From Coprothermobacterota bacterium (GTDB taxonomy: Bacteria > Coprothermobacterota > Coprothermobacteria > Coprothermobacterales > Coprothermobacteraceae), in NCBI GenBank assembly GCA_036679065.1, contig JAZIGN010000001.1:1-64000 (forward strand): 64,000 nucleotides of DNA. The letters run 5' to 3'. Shown in pieces: positions 19,227 through 29,426 of this stretch. Each line of letters starts with the position of its first letter. The first letter of the stretch is position 1. A program made the position numbers and the translations under genes. The notes under the pieces were generated by a model. It saw only the letters and a program-made list of their open reading frames with translations. It did no database searches and had not been told where the DNA came from.

Positions 19227-19853
19227 ATGGAGCGCATTAGAATGGTTTTAGCTACTGGAAATCTGGGTAAGGTCCGTGAGATTTCTCAGTTGATAGGTGA
19301 CGTTGTGGAGTTGATTCCTTACGAAGGTGCGTTACCTGAAGAGACTGGAACTACTTATGCTGAAAATGTTTACATAAAAGCAAAAGCTGCATTTGATAAG
19401 TACAATTTACCTTCATTGGCTGACGATTCAGGATTGGAAGTGGACTTCCTCGGAGGACAGCCGGGTATTCACAGCAATAGGTTCCTGGGCCTAAAATCGG
19501 ATCAAGAGAAATACATGAGAATACTGGAGCTTTTAGAAGGTGTGCCTTGGCAGAAGAGAACAGCTCGTTTTCGGTGTTTGGTTTGTTATGTGGATAGAAC
19601 TGGAGCTGCTCATTACTTCCAAGGAGTAGCAGAAGGTTATATAGCAACTGAGGCAGCTGGTGAAGGCGGATTCGGCTATGATCCTGTTTTCTACTATCCC
19701 CCGCTTCAAAAAACCTTTGCGCAGCTTCCAGCACAGGTCAAGAATCAGATAAGTCATCGGAGTCAAGCATTTCTTAAGTTCAAGGAGTATTACTTGAGCA
19801 CAATCGAAAGTATGCGAACAACCCGACGAGGAGGAGAAGATAAACATGAATGA
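19227..19853 (+). CDS. rdgB: Non-canonical purine NTP pyrophosphatase (RdgB/HAM1)
   Basis: ATGNLGKVRE, EETGTTY, ADDSGL, GFGYDPVF, KNQISHR. Confidence 0.95.
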   Translation: MERIRMVLATGNLGKVREISQLIGDVVELIPYEGALPEETGTTYAENVYIKAKAAFDKYNLPSLADDSGLEVDFLGGQPGIHSNRFLGLKSDQEKYMRILELLEGVPWQKRTARFRCLVCYVDRTGAAHYFQGVAEGYIATEAAGEGGFGYDPVFYYPPLQKTFAQLPAQVKNQISHRSQAFLKFKEYYLSTIESMRTTRRGGEDKHE

Positions 19854-22446
19854 TGGAAAATTTGAAGCACAGTACGATGCCACTGCTGAACTTAAATGGG
19901 CAAAAAAGTGGAAGGAAGATAAGGTTTTCCACAGTGAGATCGACAAAGCCAAGCCGCGCTTTAGTATCGTCATACCTCCTCCAAACGTGACTGGCTCACT
20001 GCACATTGGGCATGCGCTGGACTTGTCGCTTCAAGATGCCATTGTGCGTTACAAAAAAATGAACGGGTTCAATGTCTGCTGGGTTCCAGGCACTGATCAT
20101 GCAGGCATAGCAACTCAGAACGTTGTGGAGCGTGCTTTGCTTCAGCAAGGCATACGTCGTCAGGATCTGGGACGAGAGGCTTTCTTGGAAAAGGTTTGGG
20201 AATGGAAGGAGCGCTATGGCAATACCATTTTAGATCAGATAACACGACTGGGCTGCGGAGTAGATTGGGACAGGCTGCGTTTCACCATGGACCCGGTGTG
20301 TGCCAGAGCCGTGCGTCGGGCATTTAAAGAGCTCTTTGATAGAGGCCTCATTTACAAAGGACACTACATGATCAATTGGTGTCCACGTTGTGGCACTGCC
20401 ATTTCTGACCTTGAAGTGACTTATGAAGAAGAAGACTCACATTTGTGGTTTATAAGATACCCCTTTGAAGACCAGAAGGGCTTCATAGTTGTGGCCACGA
20501 CTCGTCCAGAAACCATGTTAGGAGATACTGCCATTGCCGTGCATCCTGACGATGAACGTTATAAGAATGTTGTGGGAAAGCATGTCATTCTTCCATTGGT
20601 AGGAAGGAAAATTCCTGTCATTGCGGATGAAAGTGTGGATCCCGAGTTCGGAACTGGAGCAGTAAAAGTTACACCTGCTCACGACCCAACTGACTTCGCC
20701 ATTGGCCAAAGGCATAACCTTGAACTCATTCAGGTTATCGGACTTGACGGTTCAATGACTGAGGAAGCAGGTATTTTCAGTGGTATGGACCGGTTTGATG
20801 CTCGCAAGCAAATTGTGCAAGCTCTTGAAGAGCAGGGCTACCTTGAAAAGGTAGAACCTTACAAGCATGCCGTGGGCCATTGTCAGAGGTGTCACACTGT
20901 GGTGGAGCCCATGCTTTCTGACCAATGGTTTGTTAAGTTAACAGCCATGGCTGATGAAGCAAAACGTGTGGTGGAAACAGCTGAAGTGCAGATCATCCCA
21001 GAGCGCTGGATAAAGGTCTACCAAGATTGGATGGACAACATACGTGATTGGTGCATATCCAGACAGATTTGGTGGGGACACCGGATTCCTGTTTATACTT
21101 GTGAAGAATGCGGGTACGTGTTCGCCAGTGAAGAAGAAACAGTGGAGCAGTGTCCAAAATGTGGTGGGTCCGTAAAACAAGAAGATGACGTGCTGGACAC
21201 GTGGTTCAGTTCTTCTTTGTGGCCCTTCGAGGTGTTCGGGTGGCCTGAGGAGACTGAAGATTTGAAATATTATTACCCCACATCACTGCTTATAACTGGC
21301 TACGACATATTGTTTTTCTGGGTTGCTCGCATGATTTTCATGGCAACCACACTAACAGGGCAGATTCCTTTTAAAGAAGTATTCCTACACGGCCTTGTCT
21401 TAGATGAACATGGGCAGAAGATGAGTAAGTCAAAAGGTAACACGGTTGACCCCATGGACATGATTGATGAGTATAGTGCTGATGCACTTCGCTACGCTCT
21501 TGTATCAGCCATGAGTTTGGGCGGTCAGGATGTGAATTTTTCCGAGTCCAGGGTAGAGCACGGTAAAAACCTTACAAATAAGATATGGAACTCCGCTCGC
21601 TATGTTCTGAGTGTTTTGGAAGGTAAGCAGCTTGATACAACACCAAACCAGTTTAGCAGAGCCGATCGTTACATACTAAGCAGGTTGGAGCAGACAAAAC
21701 AATTTGTTAGCGAATGTTTTGAGGCTTATGATTTCGGCGCCGCTCTGAGGGAAATAGAGAGTTTCTACTGGAGTGAATACTGCGATTGGTACATTGAGAT
21801 GTCAAAGGTGGATCCCAATTACAGTACCTACTGGACGCTCAAAGAGGTTTTGGAGCAGTCCTTAAAACTGTTCCATCCTTTCTTACCTTTCGTGACTCAG
21901 GAAATTTGGGATCGGATGGGGCACAGTGATTACCTGGTTGAAGAAACTTGGCCGAAGCTTAACGATCATGTGGTTGATGAGGAAGCTATTGAGAAAGTTG
22001 CCACAATGAAAGAAGCCGTTAGAGGGTTAAGAAATCTTCGTGCCGAACTTGGTTTAAAGCCTAGCCAGAGAATACCCAGTGTTTTCTTACAGGGAAACAT
22101 GGAGGAGTGGGAAGAGTTCTTCCCCTACATAAAATTCCTTGCACGCGTGTCAGAAATTGAGCACACATCACAAACTATTTCAAATGCCTACAGCGTAGTT
22201 GTCGGAAACACTGTGTTCTTTGTGCCCTTGGAGGGTTTGGTAGATATTGACAGAGAAAGAAAACGTCTGCAGAAACAACAAGCCGATTTAGAGAACCGTA
22301 TAGCCATATATGACAAGAGGCTGCAGAACGAAGATTTCATCAAAAAAGCACCACAAGAGGTTGTGGAAAAGCAGAGGGAAGAGCGTAGGGCACTGGAGGA
22401 ATCACTCAGTAAAGTGATTAAGAGATTGAACGAACTGGGGGGATGA
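19846..22446 (+). CDS. valS: Valine--tRNA ligase
   Basis: PPPNVTGSLHIGH, DWCISRQIWWGH, KMSKSKGN, C-terminal coiled coil. Confidence 0.98.
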   Translation: MNDGKFEAQYDATAELKWAKKWKEDKVFHSEIDKAKPRFSIVIPPPNVTGSLHIGHALDLSLQDAIVRYKKMNGFNVCWVPGTDHAGIATQNVVERALLQQGIRRQDLGREAFLEKVWEWKERYGNTILDQITRLGCGVDWDRLRFTMDPVCARAVRRAFKELFDRGLIYKGHYMINWCPRCGTAISDLEVTYEEEDSHLWFIRYPFEDQKGFIVVATTRPETMLGDTAIAVHPDDERYKNVVGKHVILPLVGRKIPVIADESVDPEFGTGAVKVTPAHDPTDFAIGQRHNLELIQVIGLDGSMTEEAGIFSGMDRFDARKQIVQALEEQGYLEKVEPYKHAVGHCQRCHTVVEPMLSDQWFVKLTAMADEAKRVVETAEVQIIPERWIKVYQDWMDNIRDWCISRQIWWGHRIPVYTCEECGYVFASEEETVEQCPKCGGSVKQEDDVLDTWFSSSLWPFEVFGWPEETEDLKYYYPTSLLITGYDILFFWVARMIFMATTLTGQIPFKEVFLHGLVLDEHGQKMSKSKGNTVDPMDMIDEYSADALRYALVSAMSLGGQDVNFSESRVEHGKNLTNKIWNSARYVLSVLEGKQLDTTPNQFSRADRYILSRLEQTKQFVSECFEAYDFGAALREIESFYWSEYCDWYIEMSKVDPNYSTYWTLKEVLEQSLKLFHPFLPFVTQEIWDRMGHSDYLVEETWPKLNDHVVDEEAIEKVATMKEAVRGLRNLRAELGLKPSQRIPSVFLQGNMEEWEEFFPYIKFLARVSEIEHTSQTISNAYSVVVGNTVFFVPLEGLVDIDRERKRLQKQQADLENRIAIYDKRLQNEDFIKKAPQEVVEKQREERRALEESLSKVIKRLNELGG

Positions 22447-22449
22447 GTC

Positions 22450-23214
22450 GTGCCTGTATTGGGCATCATTTCTTGTCATCCGCCTATAATCATTCCTGAA
22501 ATAGGCGGAAACGAAACGGAAAAAGTGCAGAAAACCATTGATGCACTTAAATTAGCCGCATCTGAAGTAGAGAAGTTTAATCCTGAGGTGACACTTATAA
22601 TGTCACCTCATGCAGTGGCTTTGAATGGTGAAAAGGTTCCAGTTCAGGTCACCGATAAATACACAGGCGATTTTGGTGATTTCGGTGCTCCTCAGGTGAC
22701 CATGCGTTACGATTGTTCTACTGAGGATGCCTATGCACTTAAGGGATGCGGCGCATTAGCTATTCGTTACGGACTCATGGATCATGGTTCCATGGTACCT
22801 CTTTACTACTTACGCCCTAGTTCCCCATTGGTAATTATGGGATATGCATTTTCGCTCTCTACCAAAGGTTACATTACTTTTGGCTCCTGCATGAGACAGC
22901 TTTTTGAAGGTAGAAGAGTTCTCTTCATTGCTTCAGGAGATCTCAGCCATAGGCTGCTTCCTGATGCACCAGCAGGATATCATCCAGATGCAAAGCGGTT
23001 CGACCTAAAACTGGTTGAAGCGGTTAAGGATTGGTCACTGGATAAGTATCTACTTCTGGAAGATTTTAGGGATCTAGCTGGTGAATGCGGTTATTGGTCC
23101 ATAGCCACGCTTTTCGGTTTTATGGGCCCAAAGGCTAAGAGCGATGTCCTCAGCTATGAAGGGCCTTTCGGCGTGGGCTATGCGGTGGCAGTTGTGAAAG
23201 AATCGGGTGAGTGA
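22450..23214 (+). CDS. AmmeMemoRadiSam system protein B (Memo/LigB-like)
   Basis: HPP, SPH, DHG, IASGDLSH, GECG, YEGPFGVGY. Confidence 0.85.
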   Translation: MPVLGIISCHPPIIIPEIGGNETEKVQKTIDALKLAASEVEKFNPEVTLIMSPHAVALNGEKVPVQVTDKYTGDFGDFGAPQVTMRYDCSTEDAYALKGCGALAIRYGLMDHGSMVPLYYLRPSSPLVIMGYAFSLSTKGYITFGSCMRQLFEGRRVLFIASGDLSHRLLPDAPAGYHPDAKRFDLKLVEAVKDWSLDKYLLLEDFRDLAGECGYWSIATLFGFMGPKAKSDVLSYEGPFGVGYAVAVVKESGE

Positions 23215-23750
23215 GCACCATGGCTGAAAAAATGCATCATCCTTATGTGGAGTTAGCTAAAAAAGCTTTGGAAACGTTTGTACTCACGGGTAAAGTCATA
23301 CCAGCTCCAGATCCTTTGCCTGAACTTTTTAGCGGAAAGGCTGGCTGTTTTGTCACACTCATGGAAAATGGGGAACTTAGAGGCTGTATTGGTACCATTG
23401 AGCCTGTTTATGATAACCTTGCACTAGAGATTATCAACAATGCCATTGCCGCTGGGACTGAGGATCCACGGTTTCCACCTGTTAGGGCTGATGAACTGCC
23501 TTATCTGGATTACACTGTAGAGGTACTGGGCCCCCTTGAACTCGTTAGGGATCTATCAGAGCTTGATCCAAAAGTGTACGGAGTTGTGGTTCAGTCCAGC
23601 GTTAGACCTCTACGTAAGGGTGTATTGCTGCCAGACATTGAAGGTGTGGACACAGTTGACGAGCAAATCAGAATCTGCCGACTGAAAGCTGGTATAAGTG
23701 GCAGTGAACCAATCATTCTTTATAGGTTCCGTACTGAGAAGTTTAAATGA
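23211..23750 (+). CDS. AmmeMemoRadiSam system protein A (AMMECR1 domain)
   Basis: GCFVTL...LRGCIGT, EDPRFPPV, GVLLP, KAGI. Confidence 0.92.
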   Translation: MSTMAEKMHHPYVELAKKALETFVLTGKVIPAPDPLPELFSGKAGCFVTLMENGELRGCIGTIEPVYDNLALEIINNAIAAGTEDPRFPPVRADELPYLDYTVEVLGPLELVRDLSELDPKVYGVVVQSSVRPLRKGVLLPDIEGVDTVDEQIRICRLKAGISGSEPIILYRFRTEKFK

Positions 23751-24739
23751 AGCTTTACGTTGAAACTGATAAAGGTATAATTTGTCTGGCTTGTCCCAGG
23801 GCGTGCAATCTTTCTTCTGGTAGAGGATATTGTGGTGTTCGTTCTGTTAAGGATGGCAAGTTTTCCTGTGATGTATGTGAACTGGTTAGTAGCATAGCTA
23901 ACGATCCCATTGAGAAAAAGCCTGTTTTTCACTATTTGCCTGGTTCCACGGTGCTATCTGTGGGAACGTTGGGTTGTAATATGCGCTGCATAGGTTGTCA
24001 GAATTGGGAGATTGCTCACGCTGATTTACATACTTATCGTTGGAACCTCCAAAGAATAACTGCCAGTGAGCTTGTAGCATTGGCAAAGCGTGTAAGCGAC
24101 GGTTTGGCTTGGACTTACAATGAGCCCACAGTATGGGCAGAGTACGTACATGATGGAGCTTCCCTGGCTAAGGAAGAAGGTCTGTATACAGTTGTGGTCA
24201 CCAATGGTTGTTATTCCCTTCAAACCTTTAAACTGTGGGAGCCAGTCGTTGACGTCTTTCGTATTGACCTTAAGGGCTTCACTGACGAGACCTATGATAA
24301 GTTTGCCCCTGATGTTAAGGTAAGTGTGATTTTGGGCAACATTGAGAGAGCGGTTTGCTGTGGAAAGCATGTGGAAATAGTGACCAATGTCATGCCAGGC
24401 GTGAATGATGTTGATTTGGAAGCCATTGCCGACTTCATTAAATCTCTGAATCCTGAAATACCTTGGCATCTAACGAGGTTTTTCCCCCAATTTAAGATGC
24501 AAAATGTACCACCTACGCCGGTGAGTTTGCTTACCAGGGCGCGTCAGATGGCTCTGGAAAAGGGGCTAAAATACGTGTACTTGGGCAATGTGAATTTGCC
24601 AGGTATGGAAAATACTGTGTGTCCTCGTTGTGGTAATCTTTTAATTGAAAGAAAAGGTTTGTTCGCGGTTGAGAACTATCTTGAGCAAGGCAGCTGTCCC
24701 CGCTGCGGCAATAAAATATATGGAAGATTTGGAGGTTGA
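23747..24739 (+). CDS. AmmeMemoRadiSam system radical SAM enzyme
   Basis: CLACPRAC..G.CGVR, DPIEKKP, GCNMRCIGCQNW, TYNEP, YVYLGNV, C-terminal CPRC x2. Confidence 0.92.
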   Translation: MKLYVETDKGIICLACPRACNLSSGRGYCGVRSVKDGKFSCDVCELVSSIANDPIEKKPVFHYLPGSTVLSVGTLGCNMRCIGCQNWEIAHADLHTYRWNLQRITASELVALAKRVSDGLAWTYNEPTVWAEYVHDGASLAKEEGLYTVVVTNGCYSLQTFKLWEPVVDVFRIDLKGFTDETYDKFAPDVKVSVILGNIERAVCCGKHVEIVTNVMPGVNDVDLEAIADFIKSLNPEIPWHLTRFFPQFKMQNVPPTPVSLLTRARQMALEKGLKYVYLGNVNLPGMENTVCPRCGNLLIERKGLFAVENYLEQGSCPRCGNKIYGRFGG

Positions 24740-24984
24740 AGGTGAGACGGAAGCCTACTTTACCACTAATTGGGAGCATTTTTATCGGTTTGTTCCTCGG
24801 AACATACCTAGGATTCTTGCTTGGGAAGTACATTCCTTTTTTCAATCATGCGTGGAATTTCCAGCTGGGACCTTTATCACTTGACTTGGGCTTTATGGCG
24901 GCTCAATTCAACCTTTCCCTGGGTATAAACGCCATGTCATTACTGGGCGTACTGTTCATGCTCTATGTTTACTTGGTGCAGTAA
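24736..24984 (+). CDS. Small membrane protein (DUF4321-like)
   Basis: Two hydrophobic segments flanking LDLGF..F.L.L.IN; typical position upstream of mreB. Confidence 0.6.
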   Translation: MKVRRKPTLPLIGSIFIGLFLGTYLGFLLGKYIPFFNHAWNFQLGPLSLDLGFMAAQFNLSLGINAMSLLGVLFMLYVYLVQ

Positions 24985-25015
24985 AAATAGAAATGAAAAA
25001 TAGGAGGTCATAGTT

Positions 25016-26023
25016 ATGCCAATAGATATTGGGATCGATCTGGGAACTGCAAATAGTTTAGTGGCGGTTAAAGGCAAGGGCATCGTCGTTAGCGAGCCCT
25101 CCGTAGTAGGTCTGGATCGTGTTACGCACAAAGTTCTCAAGGTAGGTAACGAGGCTTTTGAAATGGCAGGAAAAACTCCTGAGAACATTGTGGTGATCAG
25201 ACCCCTCAAAAGTGGAGTTATTGCTGATGACTACACCACGGAAATCATGGTGAAGTACCTCATAAGTAAGGCAAAAGCTCATGTGGGATTTTCTGTGTTT
25301 CCCCAGAGGCTACGTGTGGTTGTGGGCGTACCAACTGGTGCTACTCCTGTGGAGCGTAGGGCAGTGGAGGATGCCTGCAGAAACGCTGGAGCAAGAGATG
25401 TTTGGGTGGTTCAGGAGCCTTTAGCTGCAGCTGTAGGTGCTGGTCTTCCCATTACCGAACCCAGAGGTAACATGATTGTAGACGTCGGAGGAGGAACCAC
25501 TGAGGCTGCGGTTATCTCTTTGGGTGGTTTGGTTTCATGGAAATCGGTACCGGTGGCAGGTGACGCTTTCACTGAAAGAATTATCGAATTTGTTAAGAGT
25601 GAATACAATCTGTTCATAGGGGAAAGAACTGCTGAAATGATAAAAATAAATATTGGTTCCGCATACCCCATGGAAAAGATGCAAATGGAGGTTACGGGCC
25701 GCGATCTGCTAACGGGTTTACCAAAGCGTATTACCATTTCTTCGGATGCTGTGAGAGATGCTTTCAAGGATCTGTTGGGGATTATTGTTGACGCAGTGAA
25801 AGGTACATTGGAGGCCACACCACCAGAGCTAATTGCGGATATCATGGAAACGGGCTTTTACCTTACGGGTGGTGGCTCTTTACTAAAGGGCTTGGATCGA
25901 TTACTTAGTGAACGCACTGGCGTGCCTGTGCACACTGTGGAAGATCCTCTAACTGCAGTGACTCGTGGTGCTGGTATTATTGCAGGAAACATGCATCTAC
26001 TGAAAGAAATCCTGCAAGCGTGA
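25016..26023 (+). CDS. mreB: Rod shape-determining protein MreB
   Basis: IGIDLGTAN, RPLKSGVIAD, EPLAAAVG, DVGGGTTE, LTGGGSLL. Confidence 0.97.
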   Translation: MPIDIGIDLGTANSLVAVKGKGIVVSEPSVVGLDRVTHKVLKVGNEAFEMAGKTPENIVVIRPLKSGVIADDYTTEIMVKYLISKAKAHVGFSVFPQRLRVVVGVPTGATPVERRAVEDACRNAGARDVWVVQEPLAAAVGAGLPITEPRGNMIVDVGGGTTEAAVISLGGLVSWKSVPVAGDAFTERIIEFVKSEYNLFIGERTAEMIKINIGSAYPMEKMQMEVTGRDLLTGLPKRITISSDAVRDAFKDLLGIIVDAVKGTLEATPPELIADIMETGFYLTGGGSLLKGLDRLLSERTGVPVHTVEDPLTAVTRGAGIIAGNMHLLKEILQA

Positions 26024-26029
26024 GGATGA

Positions 26030-26713
26030 ATGAAGGTAAATCTTGCCCGGGTCATAGAATGGACCATAGCGGCATTACTTATTTTGGCTGTGCTTACCAC
26101 GATCAGCTGGAATACATTTTTTAGCTATGTGTCCAAACCCTTTCTGTGGATAAGAACAGGAGTGTACAGGGTCGGCGAGGCTTTTTCTGATTTTTGGTGG
26201 TGGAATACTGAAGGCAAAGTCGTCTATGAGAAGAAACTCATGGAAAATGAGAAGGCGCTTGCTCAAAGCGTTACGGACAGTGTCAGGTTTGGTGAAGTAA
26301 AGGTTATCGGTTTGAGATGGGATCAAAAACACATTGAACTCATAGCCACTGGAAGTAAGGTCCAAGTAGGGGATTTAATTACCACTGATACTGACATTGT
26401 GGTGGGACAAGTCAGCGAAGTTGTGGATAACGAGTTTGTGATTCGCACCATATTTGACGAATCTTTTAGTGTACCCGGCCTCATATCAAGAACTGGTGCA
26501 GTGGGTAGGCTTTTTTATAAGGGTGGTCAACTTTCCTTTCAACCGGTTGGTTACGAGGACATTTTGCCAGGCGACTATGTGGTAGTACCCACAGCAACGC
26601 CGTTACTCGCTGCAGTAGTTACAGATGTTTCTGACAAACAGTACATAAAGGCGAATCCAGTTCTGGTTGATCTTAGAGTATATGGCCTGAGACTATGGAG
26701 GAAAACATGGTAG
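26030..26713 (+). CDS. mreC: Rod shape-determining protein MreC (divergent)
   Basis: N-terminal TM, VVGQV beta domain; synteny. Confidence 0.75.
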   Translation: MKVNLARVIEWTIAALLILAVLTTISWNTFFSYVSKPFLWIRTGVYRVGEAFSDFWWWNTEGKVVYEKKLMENEKALAQSVTDSVRFGEVKVIGLRWDQKHIELIATGSKVQVGDLITTDTDIVVGQVSEVVDNEFVIRTIFDESFSVPGLISRTGAVGRLFYKGGQLSFQPVGYEDILPGDYVVVPTATPLLAAVVTDVSDKQYIKANPVLVDLRVYGLRLWRKTW

Positions 26714-27036
26714 AAAGCATATTCTTCTTGGTTACTGGTACGATGTTTTTTCCTCCTTTGGTGGTGATGCGAGTCAAGGCACTTTTGAGTAGCTATGGGT
26801 TTTGGTCTTGGCTATTGGTGTTTTTTCTTGCTTTGGGATTTGATGGAGCGTTCATGCACCCGTTTTGCGTTTGTACTGTGGGGCTGTTACTTTTGGCAGA
26901 TATTTTTGAGTGGAGTTGGAAAAAACTAGCCGTCTCTATGTCAATTATGTTGGTATTGTGGGGATTCATCATAAATTGGTGGACACTACTGGTGCTTCCA
27001 CTCATTGTGGTGGAGGCGTGGGCTGATGCGGAATAG
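26707..27036 (+). CDS. Short MreD-like membrane protein
   Basis: Highly hydrophobic, between mreC and mrdA; GGAGGA SD before ATG 26707. Confidence 0.55.
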   Translation: MVESIFFLVTGTMFFPPLVVMRVKALLSSYGFWSWLLVFFLALGFDGAFMHPFCVCTVGLLLLADIFEWSWKKLAVSMSIMLVLWGFIINWWTLLVLPLIVVEAWADAE

Positions 27037-28750
27037 GGCCTTTTATGCTTTGGGTTTGCTTGTAGTACTCATTGCAGGAGGGTTTATTTGGCGGCTTCAC
27101 GTTCTCCAAATTCAGCAGCATGATTACTATGCCACCAGGGAGAAAAACAATTACACACGCTATGTGACTGAAGAGCCCATCAGGGGACGGATTTTAGATA
27201 CAAAGGGCAGAGTTCTTGCTTACGACCAGACCGCATACAATGTGGCTGTGGTGCCCGCTTTGTCAAAAAATGCAACTGCGACTAAAGAAAACCTGTTTAA
27301 GCTGGGCGCCAAAGCAGAAGATGTGGAAGCCGCCTTTGAAAACAGCAAACTTTATCCCTTTCAGCCCATGGTTGTCATACAGGATATATCAGAATCTAAC
27401 CGCTTAAAGGTTCTGGAAGTAGAAAACCATGATCCTGCCATAAAACTGGTTTTAGGCTCCAAACGTGTTTACCCTTATGGGCAGCTGGGCGCTTTTATCA
27501 CTGGCTATGTGGGAATGGCTTCCAAGGAAGATCTGCAACGTGATGAAAACTTGCGACCAAGTAGCATTGTAGGGAAAATGGCTGCAGAAAAGGTTTTTGA
27601 CAGCTACCTAAGAGGCCAGCCTGGCATAACTGAGGTCTTGGTTGACGTTAGCGGAGGCGTCGTTAAGGAAAAGTTAGTTTCAACACCAGTAAAGGGGTAT
27701 GACGTGTACCTCACTGTTGATATGGATTTGCAAAAAGTTGCCTGGGATGCGGTTGCAAACGAAGTTGGTGGAGTCATAGCAGCCAATCCAAGGGATGGCA
27801 GCATTTATGCTTTAGTTTCTAAACCCAGTTTTGACCCAAATGTGTTTGTGAAAGGTATTGACAGCGCAACGTGGAAAGAATATGAGAAGAACAGCAGCTT
27901 AGTAAACAGAATGACCATGTCTCAGATTCCTGCTGGATCCACTTTCAAGGTGGTAACAGGCTTAGCTGGACTCTATTATCACGCTATAACGCCTGACTTC
28001 ACCATTAATGATCCCGGTTACCTTCAGCTTGGTTCCGCTCGGGTCTGGAACTACCGTCACAGAAGTTGGGGCAAGGTTGACTTTGAGAAAGGACTCGCTG
28101 TGTCCAACAATGTGTATTTCGGGACGGTTGGGTTACGCACCGGCATAGATAAGATTTACGAGGTAGCAAAGACTATGGGCCTTACTGATTATCCTTGGAT
28201 AGAGTATGATGCTGTTAGCAAGGGAATTATTCCTAATCAGCAGTGGAAAAAGGAAGTGGTAGGCGAGCCTTGGTATCCAGGAGATACAGTGAACACCAGT
28301 ATTGGTCAAGGTTATGTGGCGGTTTCGCCCATGCTCATGGCTCAGGTGTATCAACAGATTATTAACGACGGAGAACTTTACAAGTTTAGGTTCCTAAAAG
28401 AAGTTCGCGATGGTAAGGCCGTGGTATTTAAAGCTGAACCCGAGTCGCGCCCTCAATCCACCATTTACAAAAACTGGTTTCCCGTCATCAGGAATGGTAT
28501 GGAAGCAGGTGTGGACTGGGGCTTGCTCACGGGGCTAAAGTCCAGTATGTATACGGCGGCTGGCAAGAGCGGCACTGCTGAGACTGAGAGAGCAAACAAA
28601 TACCATAAGTGGCTTATTGCATATGCAAACCGTGATAATCCTGAGATAATGGTAGTATCTTTAAGGCTTTATACTACAGATACAGAGCCTGTTAAAATTA
28701 CTAAAACGGTCATGGAGGGTTATTTCCGTGGAAAATCAGCAGTACGTTAA
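27026..28750 (+). CDS. mrdA: Penicillin-binding protein 2
   Basis: RGRILD, RVYPYG, GSTFK (SxxK), SNN (SxN), KSGTAE. Confidence 0.92.
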   Translation: MRNRAFYALGLLVVLIAGGFIWRLHVLQIQQHDYYATREKNNYTRYVTEEPIRGRILDTKGRVLAYDQTAYNVAVVPALSKNATATKENLFKLGAKAEDVEAAFENSKLYPFQPMVVIQDISESNRLKVLEVENHDPAIKLVLGSKRVYPYGQLGAFITGYVGMASKEDLQRDENLRPSSIVGKMAAEKVFDSYLRGQPGITEVLVDVSGGVVKEKLVSTPVKGYDVYLTVDMDLQKVAWDAVANEVGGVIAANPRDGSIYALVSKPSFDPNVFVKGIDSATWKEYEKNSSLVNRMTMSQIPAGSTFKVVTGLAGLYYHAITPDFTINDPGYLQLGSARVWNYRHRSWGKVDFEKGLAVSNNVYFGTVGLRTGIDKIYEVAKTMGLTDYPWIEYDAVSKGIIPNQQWKKEVVGEPWYPGDTVNTSIGQGYVAVSPMLMAQVYQQIINDGELYKFRFLKEVRDGKAVVFKAEPESRPQSTIYKNWFPVIRNGMEAGVDWGLLTGLKSSMYTAAGKSGTAETERANKYHKWLIAYANRDNPEIMVVSLRLYTTDTEPVKITKTVMEGYFRGKSAVR

Positions 28751-29426
28751 GTTAACTGGGTTAAGAGATGGGTATTTGGTGGAGTACCAAGGGGATAACC
28801 CTGAAGAACTATCTACTATATTGGCTAAGTACTTGCAGTCCTATGCTGATCTATTGCAGGGCCATAATCTTTTTGTGAAATCTGCTTTGGATGAAAAAGC
28901 CTTGATGACTGTTGGAAAGAAGCTTAGTGTTCTGGGGTTCCACGCCAGCATCATGAAATACGAGGAGAAGCAAAAAGAAAACAAAAAGGAAATGATGTAT
29001 GAAAAGGCTGGGAGATCAGCAACGGGGCACCGCGCCACGGCCCAAGATAGCAAAAAGAAGGGAATTCCTAGCACTGGCGACGTGGTTTTTCGAGTCGTAG
29101 TTGGTCCGCTCAGAAGTGGGAAGAGCATTAACTTGGGAGAAGGCGTGCTTTTGTGGGGCGATCTTCATAAGGATGCTGTAATAAAGGCTCTTTGTGTCAT
29201 CGTCATGGGGAAGGCGTCAGGCAAGGTTATTGTCCCTGAGGGTTCCTTTGTGCTCATGAAACAAAGTGAAGGTGCTTCGGTCCAGGTGGGCGATGTGCTT
29301 TACGTGGATATTTCTTCTCCTGCGTGGATCCTAATCACAGATGCTGATCCTGACGCAGTAGAAGTGTTTTCTGATGAAAAACAAGTAGGAAGGAGGATGA
29401 GTCAATGGCTGGGCAGTGTATTGTAG
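28728..29426 (+). CDS. minC: Septum site-determining protein MinC (divergent)
   Basis: VKLTG.RDG N-terminus, GPLRSGK..LWGD beta-helix; precedes minD. Confidence 0.75.
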   Translation: MENQQYVKLTGLRDGYLVEYQGDNPEELSTILAKYLQSYADLLQGHNLFVKSALDEKALMTVGKKLSVLGFHASIMKYEEKQKENKKEMMYEKAGRSATGHRATAQDSKKKGIPSTGDVVFRVVVGPLRSGKSINLGEGVLLWGDLHKDAVIKALCVIVMGKASGKVIVPEGSFVLMKQSEGASVQVGDVLYVDISSPAWILITDADPDAVEVFSDEKQVGRRMSQWLGSVL

